Made by a program: the position numbers and the translations under genes | The notes under the pieces: model-generated | Database searches by the model: none | The model's input: only the letters and a program-made list of their open reading frames with translations | Told to the model about the DNA's origin: nothing | Source: Squalus acanthias | Taxonomy: Eukaryota | Direction: 5' to 3' | Assembly (NCBI GenBank): GCA_030390025.1 | Contig: CM059432.1 | Coordinates: 65,474,001-65,538,000 of the forward strand | DNA: 64,000 nt | Part shown: positions 1-13,344 of the stretch, piece by piece | How positions within the stretch are numbered: position 1 is the stretch's first letter | Layout: every line of letters starts with the position of its first letter

Positions 1-3000
1 TAGACAAAGCTAAGGTATCCCACAATCAACAGATCAGATCAAAGCTCTGCAGTCCTGCCACATCCAGTCATGAATGGTGGTGGACCATTAAGCAACTAAC
101 GGGAGGAGGAGGCTCCATGAATATCCCCATCCTCAATGATGGTGGAGCCCAGCACGTGAGTGCTAAAGACAAAGCTGAAGCATTTGCAACCATCTTCAGC
201 CAGAAGTGCCGAGTGGATGATCCATATCGGCCTCCTCCGGAGGTCCCCACCACCACAGAAGCCAGTCTTCAGCCAATTTGATTCACTCCACGTGATATCA
301 AGAAATGGCTGAGCGCACTGGATACAGCAAAAGCTGTGGCCCCCTGAAAACATCCCGGCTGTCGTGCTGAAGACTTGTGCTCCAGAACTAGCCACGCCTC
401 TAGCCAAGCTGTTCCAGTACAGCTACAATGCTACGACAATGTGGAAAACTGCCCAGGTATGTCCTGTCCACAAAAATCAGGACAAATCCAATCCGACCAA
501 TTACCGTCCCATCCGTCTGCTCTCAATCATCAGCAAAGTGATGGAAGGTGTCAACCTCAGTGCTGTCAGGCAGCACTTACTCACCAATAACGTGCTCACT
601 GATGCCCAGTTTGGGTTCTGCCAGGACCACTCGGCTCCAGACCTCATTACAGCCTTGGTCCAAACATGGACAAAAGAGCTGAATTCCAGAGGTGAGGTGA
701 GAGTGACTGCCCTTGATATCAAGTCAGCATTTGACTGAGTGTGGCATCAAGGAGCTCTACTAAAACTGAAGTCAATGAGAATCGGGGGGAAAGCTCTCCA
801 CTGGCTGGAGTCATACCTAGCACAAAGGAAGATGGTTGTGGTTGTTGGAGGGCAATCATCTCAGCCCCAGGACATCACTGCAGTAGTTTCTAAGGGCAGT
901 GTCCTAGGCCCAACCATCTTCAGCTGCTTCATCAGTGACCTTCCCTCCATCATAGGGTCAGAAGTGGGGATGTTCGCTGATGACTGCACAGTGTTCAGTT
1001 CCATTCGCAACTCCTCAGATAATGAAGCAGTTCATGCCTGCATGCAGCAAGACCTGGACGACATTCAGGCTTGGGCTGATAACTCACAGGTAACATTCGC
1101 ACCACACAAGTGCCAGGCAATGACTATCTCCAACAAGCGAGCATCTAACCACTGCCCCTTGATATTCAATGGCATTAACATCGCCGAATCCCCCACCATC
1201 AATATCCTGGGTGTCACCATTGACCAGAAACTTAACTGGACCAGCCACATAATTACTGTGGTAACAAGAGCAGGTCAGAGGCTAGTTATTCTGTGGCGAG
1301 TGTCTCACCTCCTGACTCCCCAAAGCCTTTCCACCATCTACAAGGCACAAGTCAGAAGTGTGATGGAATACTCTCCACTTGCCTGGATGAGTGCAGCTCC
1401 AACAATACCCAAGAAGCTCGACACCATCCAAGACAAAGCAGCCCACTTGATTGGCACCCCATCCACCACCTTAAACATTCACTCCCTCCACCACCGGCGT
1501 GTCTATATCTGCAGTGTGTACCATCTACAAGATGCACTGCAGCAACTCGCCAAGGCTTCTTCAGCAGCACTTCCCAAACCCGCGACCTCTACTATTCAGA
1601 AAAATACACCATTCTATGAAAGAATTCTGGCCTTATTAAAACATGACAAACTGGGTTTGGAAATCTAGAAACCTAACTATGAAAAAGCTGTGAAAGCATT
1701 TTGGCTATAGAGATAAGATAGTTGTTGACACTGAATCAATAACCTTATTGAAACAGAAGGTTAAAGGCTCCGGTAGGCTGAACCTTTGGGAACAAAACAA
1801 TGGTTCACACTGTACAAGGTGTTCTAATTTACACTTCGTAAAGAAGCACATAAAAGTAAGAAACATCTGCCTTCGTAAAAATGACATCAAGTAAAACACA
1901 CCTGCCGTTACACCGTTTTTTATGGTCAACTTATAACACCTAGAGAAGAGACATAATTCTGTAATGCTACCAGCTGAGGTGACTGTAAGAATTGCAGGGG
2001 TCAGCAGAAAAATGACTAGAGATAATTAGCTTACATCAGCAGAAAACATTAAAGGAATTTACCACTGAAAAAGGGTATAAATATTGAACTCTCAAATGGG
2101 ATAGTAGACTCGCTGTAATCGGGCAAAGCGATTCTTGGCTTCAGAGGCAGCTCTGTAAGTCTCCAACTCTTTGTACCTCGGGGATCAAAGGTATTTGATG
2201 ATTTTGGTGGATATCCTGTAGAAAACTAAGAACTGTAAAACTGTAGCGAAGTTAAGATTTGAGAGTAAGGATCTCTGATAATAAGATTGTAAGCTTTCTC
2301 TTTTTGGAACTGTTAATGTTGCGATTGACTCACCAACTGTAAATTGCATGTCTGTTCTTTAATAAATCTATATATTTTTAGAATTGTCTCACATAAGACT
2401 TCTGTATCAAACTCGCAAACTCAATCTCTGTACACTCTTTGGTGAGGAGTTGCAGAATTCTGGGGGAGTTTTCCGGATCCTCATAATATCCGGAATGTTA
2501 CAGTCTAGCTAAACTTATTAAAAGTGCTATCTGGAGGACGGTAACATTTTCAGGTTGTTCCTTTCCTTTAGGGAGAGATAGTCCGGACCTTTAGATCCAA
2601 TTAAGCGTCTTTAGGATTTGGCTACCTCAAACTTTAGTTGAAAGTGAATGTCTGAGAAATACGCCTGATCTGGGGTAGCCCTAAAGGGGCTAGGACTAGT
2701 AATTATCCCTTCACTACCACCTAGAAGGACAAGGGCAGCAGGCGCATGGGTACACCACCACCTCCAAGTTCCCCTCCAAGTCACACACCATCCTGACTTG
2801 GAAGTATATCGCCGTTCCTTCATCGTCGCTGGGTCAAAATCGTGGAACTCCGTCCCTAACAGCACTGTGAGAGTACCTTCACCATACGGACTGCAGCGGT
2901 TCAAGAAGGCGGCTCATCACCACTTCCCCAAGGGCAACTAAGGATGGGCAACAAATGCTGGCCTTGCCAGCGATGCCCACATCCCACGAATGAATAAAAA

Positions 3001-3003
3001 AAA
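1..3003 (+). mobile_element. CR1-group (Zenon/jockey-like RT) LINE, decayed ORF2 plus 3' tail, split by an LTR at 1593-2713
   Basis: ORFs 364-738 and 739-1668 carry RT motifs (NYRPIRLL, ALDIKSAFD, GSVLGP, FADD) with a stop at 736-738. Sequence after 2714 matches the uninterrupted copy at ~10360-10650. It ends in AATAAA plus an A-run at ~2993-3003. Confidence 0.92.
1593..2713 (+). mobile_element. Solo LTR (ERV/Gypsy-like), ~1.1 kb
   Basis: Interrupts the LINE with 4-bp TSD CTAC (1589-1592 / 2714-2717). Termini are TA...CA (degenerate TG...CA). TATAAATA at 2076 and AATAAA at 2361; no internal ORF. Confidence 0.75.
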
Positions 3004-4554
3004 TACGCTATCAACAAGAGTTCAATTTTGAACTGGAGAAATGAGAAATTAGTTTGACCAAGGCTAAAAGAAAACATGAGCTCTTTGTTTCCACAGGTCA
3101 GCCTCTTCTACCTTTACAAGGCTCAGTGACTCAATTACCATTTCTCTGAGAGCAATATTCAGTCAGCCCTTCTTCAGGCTATCCTGCGAGCAAAGTAGCA
3201 TTTTGTCAAATGCTGTTTATGAGCAGAATGCAAAATTTGCAGTGTACCCACACTAAAACAGCATGTTGGATACTGTTAGGTTTTGGAACAAAAACTATAA
3301 AATCCTGCATTACAAATTGGAAAGCTGCAGAGATTATTGTTCAGTATTACAAAATCTCATAAATTTAATCTCACAGGAGGAACTGCATATTCTATAGGAA
3401 CTGTGCTATGTGTGAATATACCAATATTATTAACAGTAACGTAAGATCTTATGTTATTTATTATAACAAACCATTTTACTGGCAGTTATTTTTTTAATCA
3501 GTTAGAATCATTTTTCAAGGAATTTATTATCCCCCCCTCCTTTTTTCCCCCTTCTGCAGTCTTCATATGCCACACACTAGCCTGTCTAAAAGAACAGGCT
3601 GAAGATTTTCTTCCAGGCCTACCCCAGTATCATTTTTAACTGGTCAGGTGAATTTGGGTCAGTGCTAGCCAGGATGACTGTCCTTCAATCTTCTGTCCTT
3701 TCCTACCACCCACTCTCTCACATCTGTGAATAACTCATGAACTTGTTGTTTGCTTGGTATTGGAGAAGCTAGAGTTTCCAATCGGGCATAAGTTGAGCTA
3801 GAAGGGGACAGTGCAGGACGAACACTGACCTTGACCCTGTGTGTATTTTCGGTGTCAACCTCATTATTATAATATGAACAAACTCCCATCAATTGGGGTC
3901 TAAAATCAGCACCCTAGGTGATCATGGGTGATAATGGTAAATTTTATGATAATCAGAACTAGGGTTAAGGGTCAGGAACAGGACATGTGAGTACAACCAC
4001 GAGAAACATAAACCACTCGAGAACATCCCACCAAAGGGTATCAGTCTGGAATCAATGCACAATCTAGTGAAAGTCAGGAAATAATAGTTAAGAATAGTTA
4101 AATAATAGCTTTCTCTTGGAGATTGTTGTGTGCTTGCCTATACTGGACAATGAGAAGAATGTATTTTATAATCTGGCCACTACGTCAAACATTGGGACCA
4201 TGAAAGGGGAGATTCTAATCAAAGACCTCCAGATATACCGCCTTGATCTTTTGCTAAGATAGCCTGAAAGCATAGGAATGACTTGTATTTGATATCACGT
4301 GTGGAAGAACTGCCTCAGAAGGCATGATTTTGGAATACATATGTGTGTGCAGATTTGATATGCTGTACATGAGGCAACCAGTATGCAGAATGCATGATGA
4401 AGATGAACTGAAGAACGGCTCTCAGACATGCTCAGTCACGTTGACAACAAGAAATGGTTAATGTGGCTCAGGAGAGCAAGAACATATACTGTATCACTAC
4501 TGATTTGAACTTTTTATTTCAAGGCACTGACACATGACATTTCTTAAACATATT

Positions 4555-5321
4555 GGCCCAGAAATTAGACTTCGATGGTTGCCGCGGGGGTAAGGATCAT
4601 GCGCGATCTTACCTACCGTGCCTGCCTTTATGGTTTTGGCCCACACGAACTTCAGCTCCTGGGCCTCTCCCTGGTGCCGGCGCGCAGTGTGTGCGTGTCC
4701 CAGAGGCGCAGTTAGTTCGATGCGACCTCTGGGATCACGTGGGCCAGTTAGAGCCAATGGCAGCACACCATCTTTCATTCATAGTTTTGACAGGAAGAGC
4801 TGTCAAAACTATGAATACAACTTGCCCCCAAAAGAACAGCTAAACCTCAATTATTTTTTTTTTAAAAACCATCACATTAATAAAATAACTATAGTTAAAT
4901 AAATTAACCACTTTAAACAAAAATTTAAATTTTTGAAAAAATTTAAATTCTTTTTAAAAGTTATAAAAATAAACTTACCTTTCTTTAAAGTCTCTAAAAA
5001 AGATAAACCTGTTGAAATTTTTTTAAAATAATACTTATTTAACTACTTACCTTGTTAAAAGGGGGTCTTACACCTCCTTTTTTCATGTGTAAAATCTTCA
5101 ATACTTACCCTCGCGTTCAAACCTGAAAAAAAACCTAAGTGTGCTGCGTGCGCACAGCCTGTAGTGCGCACGCGGTTCACTTAGGAACCGCCCCTCTTCA
5201 CAATATCAGAAGTGCCGGTTTCCCACGCATGCGCAGTGCATGCAGGAAACTGGCACTTCGGGACCGAATATGGGTGAGTACACAGTGCGTACTCTCCCGT
5301 ATTCGGCCGAATTTCTGGGCC
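4555..5321. mobile_element. Harbinger-type MITE (family A)
   Basis: Perfect 12-bp TIR GGCCCAGAAATT, 3-bp TSD ATT on both sides, CpG-rich arms and an AT-rich core. Reverse-complement homologue of 62952-63694. Confidence 0.88.
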
Positions 5322-5382
5322 ATTAGAGTTAAACACACTGCTACCTATCAGAGGGATTAAAAGGAAATTAGAGAGAGACATA

Positions 5383-6680
5383 GGCCTAGATTTTCCGGGC
5401 GGTCAACGGGCGCGATTGGTGGCGGGTTGGGTGGGAAAGTATTTTTTTCCCCCAGCAGGTCAGGACCCCGCTGTGAACCTGCCGCCACGCGCCTTTCCCA
5501 ATGTCGGATCTGTCAGCGCTGAGCAGACCTGACACGCAGCGGCGGGGGACCCAATTCAGGTAATTATGACCTTGTTTAGAGTTCATTAAGAATACATTTG
5601 AGCTCACCTTTTGATTTTACATGATCGCCCGCGGGGTCCACACTGGTCGTGGATCACGTCTGTCAAGCTGAGGTGGGGGTTCAATGGCCATTGAATCAGC
5701 TGTTGAGTTGACAGCTTCAAATGTACAGTAAAAGCTCCCACCTTACAGAGATATCTTCCCTCAGCCACAAGCTCTTCCTCACAGCATTTCCACAACAGAT
5801 TCACCATGCTGCAAGTCTTTACACAAGTCTCCATCCAGTCACCTGCCATCTATTCCATCAGCATTGGTGCACTTTATACTCTCTCACCTTGGTCCTCAGA
5901 ATCCCACCACGATCAGCCCCAACACCAGCAGCATCAGGCACACCAGCAGCACCAACAACAACACCATCCTTCTCTGCAATCAACTGATGTTGCACAGGAC
6001 AGAGGGCATCAGTACCCGACCATATTGCTGCCTGGGAGGCCAGGGATGGCCTCACCATGGCCAGATTTACTTCACTTGACACTGTACACCCTGGCTGCCA
6101 CATGATGCACCAGGTTGGCACCACCCCACACCAACCCCATAAAGCATCCCTACAATGCCCAAGCCATTCCATTCACACTCATGACCATTGCGGGGGGTAT
6201 CGTTATGTCTCACCATTTACTGCAACTCACTAAGCCACTTCCAAAGGTGCACACAAATCTGTTCAAGAATGCAAGTGTTGAAAATAAAGGTTTCAATGTT
6301 TAGCCCCACATTAACAGACACTTTACATGAACATTGCATAAAACACCCAAGTGCCTACCCTTATGTGTTGTTAGTTGGTATGATAGGACTAGGATGAGGG
6401 TGAGTGTGAGGGGTGGCTAGTGAGATGGGGAAGTGATAATATAGATAGAGAGGGATGGGTGGAGGTGCAAGGTGCGAAGGATGTGCAGGAGTAGGGTAGG
6501 GAAGGCAGAGTGATGGGGATGTGATGAGAGGCACAGCAGGATGAGGTTTAGTGTGGCTTTGTACTAACATTTCGTGATCTACTGAGATCATTGAAACATT
6601 TGCGGCACTGCACCCAGGTCCTCCTGACCACATCCGTGCTTGTGCCCTCCTCTGCAATCTGCAACCAGGCTGTGTTGAAC
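5383..6680 (+). mobile_element. Non-autonomous Harbinger derivative, truncated on the right
   Basis: Left end GGCCTAGATTTTCC. A Gln-rich transposase N-terminus remnant (+, ~5880-6030) resembles 51861-52060. A Myb/SANT remnant lies on the - strand at ~6570-6680 (WVQCRKCFNDL). Homologous to 23192-25827 in reverse orientation. Confidence 0.8.
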
Positions 6681-7809
6681 TACAGTATCTTGCTTGATCC
6701 TTGACATTTTGTACCTCGAACAGAGAGAGTCTTACATGCCCATGTTGAGAAATATTTTATTATGTGATGCAAATTTTACTCAGTTGACTAAATAGCATTC
6801 AATCAGATGGATGGAAATACAACATTATGGAATAAGTTATTTGTTTCTGGCAATGCAGCTGGCTAAACTAACAATTTCATAACATAAACTATCCATCCCC
6901 AGCAGCGTTTATGGGTTAAAAATGAACTAGTTCTGCATTTCAGATGCAAACATTTATATTTCCAATTACAAATTGGTTATTTTTTATTCAAGACATAAGC
7001 AGTAGAAAAACATTCTCATTCTAAGTTAGCAGAGATGGACTTTTCCCTGTCTTGTAGTAAGTGGCAGATAATGTAAAAACAAGTCCCACTTAAACGTTTC
7101 ATGTTGCACCATGAAGGAAAGACTGACATTAGAAACCTTAATTACACCGGTCGGCAGGCCCCAAATTATCCTGAGTAATTATTAATTATTTTATCAGCAC
7201 TAATTTTAGCAGGCAGGAAGTATATTAAAATATGAGTTGTCATATACTTATTAGTGTCATAACTATGATTAAGTTGTAAGAAAGAGAGGGAGTTTTATCT
7301 CTAATGTTTTGCACATCAATGGTTTAGTTCTTTCATGACGCTCCTTACAGAAATTATCATTCCTAAAATGGCAGGAGTTTGTTTGGTACATTACATTGGT
7401 TCTGCAATGAAAAATGATTTATATGCTTTCATTTAAGGACACAAATACAAGTGCATTTGCAGGTGGAAAGAGTAAAATGAAGTTGCAGAAGTGGATAGAA
7501 CATCATATGGTTGATATTGCCACTTAAATAGAATTGCTTTGGAGAAAAGCTTCTAACTCTTTATAACACTGGTCAATGCTTTATTCTCTTGTCATAACTC
7601 TTTCACCTATATGTTTGAGAAGCTGTGAAGTGATTTATATAATTTGAAAGTAAACACTTTCCATGTGTCTCTTGGGTCTCATGTCAATTGCAGCCCAAGC
7701 CCGATACATGGTGAATAGTTGCAGTGAACTGATTTTTATCTTCACTGCAGTTATTTATCACAATCATACCAACTGATCACAAACCTGAATAACTCTACCG
7801 GACCTCATA

Positions 7810-8050
7810 TTGACAGCATAGGAGACGTCAAGTTTGAAAGTGATGAAGGCATATATAAATGTTTGAGTGGTGGGGGGATTGAGTTCATGGTGCAGGTGGG
7901 CACTGTTATGGAGGTGGAAGTAAGTGATCTTTGTCATGGAGATAATATGGAGTCTGAAACTGAGCTCAGGATCAAACAGGATGCCGAGGTTGTGATTGTG
8001 GCAGAGAAAGAGGATAGAATTAGTGGCAAGGGAGTGGAGTGGTTGTGGCA
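7810..8050 (-). mobile_element. L2 LINE fragment (old)
   Basis: Minus-strand translation NLGILFDPELSF..HI..TK.TYFHL.N is typical of the L2 ORF2 C-terminal region. Confidence 0.7.
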
Positions 8051-8455
8051 GACCTTTTAGACATACTATGCAGCAAATGTTTGTGGTTACTAACAAAAAG
8101 TCTTCTCAGAATGGTTGCACCTGTAAGCTGCTGTGTGTGTTTAAAGGCTGCAGCAACATACTAGTTTCCAACCCCAAACAGGCAAGGTCCCAATCAGAGG
8201 CATTTCCAATACCCAGAACTCACCTCTATTATGAAACTACAGCTTGGTCAGCACATATACTGTCAAGTACATGAAAGTCCTGCCCTGCCACACAGTCAGG
8301 AGGGATTGTGCCCCGCAGAAAGTCTAGGTTAGTATTCTTTAAGGTGGAAATTCCTCCCTCAAAATTTTAAAATGTCAGTTGCCTAAACAAAGTCCTCTGA
8401 CAACTGTTCTGCACCCCATGCCATTGTGTCATGAAGTGCATTACTTACCATCCTA

Positions 8456-8850
8456 GAACATAAGAACATAACAAATAGGAGCAGGAGTAGGCCATTTGGC
8501 CCTTCGAGCCTGCTCCGCCATTTAATAGGATTATGGCTGATCTTCTGCCTCAGCTCCACCTTCCCGCATTATCCCCATATCCCTTGATTCCCTTAGTATC
8601 CAAAAATCTATCGCTTTCACCTTGAATATACTCAACGATTGAACATCTACAGCATTCTGGGGGAGAGAATTTCAAAGATTCACAACCCTTTGAGTGAAGA
8701 AATTTCTCCTCATCTCAGTCCTAATTCCTAGACTGTGTCCCCTAGTTCTAGACTCCCCAGCCAGGGGAAACAACCTCCCAGCATCTATCCTGTCAAGCCC
8801 TGTACGAATTTTATGAGATCACCTCTCATTCTTCTAAACTCTAGGGAATT
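8456..8850 (-). mobile_element. CR1 LINE 3' fragment
   Basis: Starts with the reverse-complemented tail GAACATAAGAACATAA..ATAGGAGCAGGAGTAGGCC shared with the other CR1 copies. Confidence 0.85.
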
Positions 8851-9022
8851 GGTGAGGCAGTATTATTCTCTGCTTTTCTGTTGGTTTAGCAACAGCACTG
8901 AGGCAGTTGGATGTGAAAAATAGGCCAGAAAACTGCTCCGCCAGATACCTGCCCATTTTTACCTGATGTATATTCCAGCATTACTTCTTCTGGAAGCACT
9001 TGCTCAAACATAGGAGGGCATT

Positions 9023-10650
9023 ACAGAAGCCAGTCTTCAGCCAATTCGATTCACTCCATGTGATATCAAGAAACAGCTGAGCGCACTGGATACAACAAAG
9101 GGTGTGGGCCCCGACAACATCCTAGCTATCGTGCTGAAGACTTGTGCTCCAGAACTAGCCGCGCCTCTAGTCAAGCTGCTCCAGTACAGCTACAACACTG
9201 GCATCTATCCAACAATGTGGAAAACTGCCCAGGTATGTCCTGTCCACAAAAAGCAGGACAAATACAACCCGGCCAATTACCACCCCATTAGTCTACTCAC
9301 AATCATCAGCAAAGTGATGGAAGGTGTCATCGACAGTGCTATCAAGCGGCACTTACTCACCAAAAACCTGCTCACTGATGCCCAGGTTGGGTTCGCCAAT
9401 ACCACTCGGCTCCCGAGCTCATTACAGCCTTGGTCCAAACATGGACAAAGGAGCTGAATTCCAGAGGTGAGGTGAGAGTGACTGCCCTTGATATCAAGAG
9501 AGCATTTGACCGAGTGTGGCATCAAGGAGCCCGAGTAAAACTGAAGTCAATGGAATCGGGGGAAAATGCTCCACTGGCTGGAGTCATACTAGCACAAAAA
9601 AAGATGGTTGTGGTGGTTGAAGGTCAATCATCACAGCCCCAGGACATCGCTGCAGGAGTTCCTCAGGGCAGTGTCCTAGGCCCAACCATCTTCAGCTGCT
9701 TCATCAATGACCTTCCCTCTAACATAAGGTCAGAAATGGGGATGTTCGCTGATGACTGCACAGTGTTCAGTGCCATTCACAACTCCTCAGATAATGAAGC
9801 AGTCCATGCCCGCATGCAATAAGACCTGGATGATGTTCAGGCTTGGGCTGATAACTCACAGGTAACATTTGCGCCACAGAAGTGCCAGGCAATGACTATC
9901 TCCAACAAGCAAGAGTTTAACCACCTCCCCTTGACATTCAATGGCATTACCATTGCCGAATCCCCCACCATCAACATCCTGGGGGTCACCATTGACCAGA
10001 AACTTAACTGGACCAGCCACATAAATACTGTGACAACAAGAGCAGGTCAGAGGCTCGGTAATCTGCAGCGAGTGTCTCACCTCCTGACTCCCCAAAGCCT
10101 TTCCACCATCTACAAGGCACAAGTCAGGAGTGTGATGGAATACTCTCCACTTGCCTGGATGAGTGCAGCTCCAACAACACTCAAGAAGCTTGACACCATC
10201 CAGGACATAGCAACCCGCTTGATTGACACCCCATCCACCACCTTAAACATTCACTCCCTCCACCACCGGCATACCGTGGCTGCAGTGTGTACCATCTACA
10301 AGATGCACTGCAGCAACTCGCCAAGGCTTCTTCGGCAGCACCTCTCAAACTCACGGCCTCTTCCACCTAGAAGGACAAGGGCAGCAGGCGCATGGGAACA
10401 CCACCACCTCCAAGTTCCCCTCCAAGTCACACATCATCCTGACTTAGAAGTATATCGCCGATCCTTCATCGTCGCTGGGTCAAAATCCTGGAACTCCCTA
10501 CGTAACAGCACTGTGGAGTACCTTCACCACACGGACTGCAGCGGTTCAAGAAGGCAGCTCACCACCACCTTCTCAAGGGCAATTAGGGATGGGCAATAAA
10601 TGCTGGCCTTGCCAGCGACGCCCACATCCCATAAACGAATATAAAAAAAA
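9023..10650 (+). mobile_element. CR1-group LINE (same family as 1-3003), 5'-truncated, decayed RT
   Basis: ORFs 9104-9457, 9430-9822 (QGSVLGP, FADD) and 9892-10599 are broken by frameshifts and stops. Same 3' tail and A-run as the first copy. Confidence 0.93.
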
Positions 10651-10809
10651 TATTTAAATAAGGCAGTAATAACAGAGTGATGTCATTTTTGTCCCAGTAC
10701 TGCTGAATGTTACTTGTGCAGGCGGTCCATTATTACTAGGTGATGGGGTAAGGGGGAGAAAGGTTAAATGATCGCAGCATAAATTATTTTTGGAGAGGGG
10801 CATTTCAGC

Positions 10810-11045
10810 AATGTCGATTTAAAACCCTCACACCTCCATATCTCTAATCGCCTCCAGCCCTAAAACCTAGCGCAGAATTTTCCATTCCTCTGACTCTGGG
10901 GTCTCGTGCATCCCTCTCACTTGGTCCTTCCATATGCAGCTGTACCCTCAACGCCACGCTCTGGAATTCCCTCCCTAAACGCCGCTCCATCTCCACCTCA
11001 CTCTGCTCCATTAAGACCCTCCTTAAAACTCACCTCTTCCATCAA
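10810..11045 (+). mobile_element. L2 LINE 3' fragment
   Basis: CTCTGGAATTCCCTCCCTAAAC...CTCCTTAAAAC..ACCTCTT matches the reverse complement of the L2 end at ~22530-22620. Confidence 0.65.
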
Positions 11046-11935
11046 TCGGCCCTTGGGTGTCTGAAATGGGAAACCACTCACAGCCCTCACCTAATGATCA
11101 TAGAATCCCCATAAATGTTAAATACTGTGTTTTTAAATTCCCAATGCTGTTTTTTACTGTGATATTGCTGCATATCTTGAAGAACAAATAAAAACAATGT
11201 ATATACCATCTTATCACATTTATTTTGATACAATAATTAATTAATTTTCCCCTCCCTAATCTGGTGGAATTGTCGCACTCCTCCTGCAACCCCAGCTGTG
11301 ATCAACTTGGTGAGCATAGACTTGAATGGGAATTGAACCTGTGACCTTTCGTGGTATGTACTTGCTTAGCAATTCACTCAAGAAACTCAGTGAGCCATCA
11401 AGGCAGCCTTTAATAACCATTTAACAAATTTGAAACATGAATTAACATGATCACATTTTTCAAACAATTTTGACATTTTTTTGTCTGGTAAAACCTGACT
11501 TATAAGAAGGTCATTTAAAGGACTAACATTCCATCAACGTTTGGGTTTGGATCAACATGAACATTTGGATTTGGAAAAAACTGCTTTCATCTGAGATTAG
11601 TTTTCTACTAATTAGATACGGAGCTTTGAAATCTACACATGTAGGTGTTTGACATTTGACCTTTCCAGTTCACTGCTTCCTTTGTGAATGGAATGTGAAC
11701 ATAGAGTACAGGCTGTGCTCCGGGATGACTTATTTTACAGCATTGTGGACAATCAAGAATCATAAGTAATGCAATTATCAGTGCAGTGTTTAGGTCATTT
11801 ACAATAGTACCTTGAATCAGAACATAATAATAATTCCACATTGTTTTAGTTTTTAATGGAGTATGGTTTGCGTTGATATGGTCACATGAGAAATTCAGTC
11901 AGGATGCTGGCTAATATTTTGCTTTCTAACTTAAT

Positions 11936-12676
11936 GGCCCATATTTTCCAATGCTTACGGGTGTGTACGGGCTGTGTACACACCCGTAGGGACATCGGAA
12001 ATGCCGGTTTCAGGCATGCGTAGCGCATGCGCTGAAAACCGGCATTTCCGATCTGTCAAAAATGCAATTGACAGATCGAACGCTTGCCATGGAGAAGGGC
12101 CTCTGCAGGAAGAGAGTTCCACTTTCTGCAGAACCTCCGCCCGCTAAAAACCCTTAGAAATCTTACGCCTGATAAAAGCAGGCGTAAGGCCTGCTTTTAC
12201 CAGCATAAGTTGAAAAAAAGAAAAAAAAAAAATTTTTTCACTTATTTATAATTTAAAAATACTTTTAAAAAAGGTAAGTTTATTTTTAGCCCCGTAAAAA
12301 ACTTACATTATTTTTTTTTTAATTAAATTTTTGTTTAAAATATTTAATTTAATGTAATTTTAACTCATTTAAAAAAAAATATTTAATGTTTTAGTGTCTT
12401 TTTGGTGTGATCTCCAGTCATATATTTGACAGGTCTATCTGTCAAAAGTATGAAGGGGGATTCCCTTTTCCTATTGGCTGGTCTGGCCCACATGATCCCA
12501 GGGACGCTTGTGAACTGCATGCGCTCCTGGGATACGTGGGCCCTGCGCATTTTGACTGTGGAGAGGCCCAAGAGCGGAAGTGTCCGGACCTCAGTAGCCC
12601 TCAAGGTAAGTTTGTAGATTTTTTTCCAATAGGAGGCATCCGCACACAGGAAGCCTCCTATTGGAAATTACGGGCC
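11936..12676. mobile_element. Harbinger-type MITE related to family A
   Basis: TIRs GGCCCATATTTTCC / GGAAATTACGGGCC; flanks AAT/TAT. Same arm and AT-core layout as 62952-63694. Confidence 0.78.
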
Positions 12677-13344
12677 TATCTTCTTCCGTTTCCCAGCCAT
12701 TACAGCCACTGGTCTAAGAACCCCTGACACATTCCCAGTATCTGTGTTCATTTTCTGCTGTACCTAAGTGTTCAGCGATTTTATGTGCAGTGACCCTAGC
12801 TATACAAATATTGGTTCTGAAATGTATGTTTACAGAACAATTGCAGACAGTTTCTTTAAAACTTCTATGTCATCAATAACAATCCAGCTAAGAGTCTGTT
12901 AGTGAGTCTTGTCAATGAGACTTCTGGTCAGTTGGTCTCTGAAAGAGAATTACCATCTGTTTTTTCTGTCCCTGGCTTGTTGTCTCTGCTCTAGGTTTCT
13001 CTTGGGAAGATCATAGATCCAAACAGTGAATGCAAACTGGTCCAAATTGGATTTATTTAGATTCCAGTGTACCTTTTCTACCAGAAGAAAAAGCCAGCAA
13101 TACCATGTACCCATAGAGTGCCTGAACATGTCTTGTGCATTCGAGATTGATGTTTGCCTCCACTATGATAGGTATGAGCAGCTTTGGGTGTTGGTTAAGA
13201 AAAGTACCTGTTTTCCTTTCTATTTCTGTTTTCTCAATGGCGGTTCAGTGGATATGCATCCATTTATTGCAGTACTCCAACTACTGACAATCGAAAGGCA
13301 GACATGTGTCTGATCATATTGGCCCTGTGGTGTTGCACATATGA

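Noticed and set aside
739..1668. 309-aa ORF with a novel C-terminus
   Set aside because: LINE RT that shifts frame near 1500 and reads into the LTR.
3665..3892. Possible minus-strand exon (VDTENTHRVKVSVRPALSPSSSTYARLE...; donor GTGAGA at 3721)
   Set aside because: No polypyrimidine acceptor, peptide not recognised, no partner exons.
5101..5110. ATACTTACC resembling the U1 snRNA 5' end
   Set aside because: No further U1 sequence follows; it is the reverse complement of a splice-donor motif.
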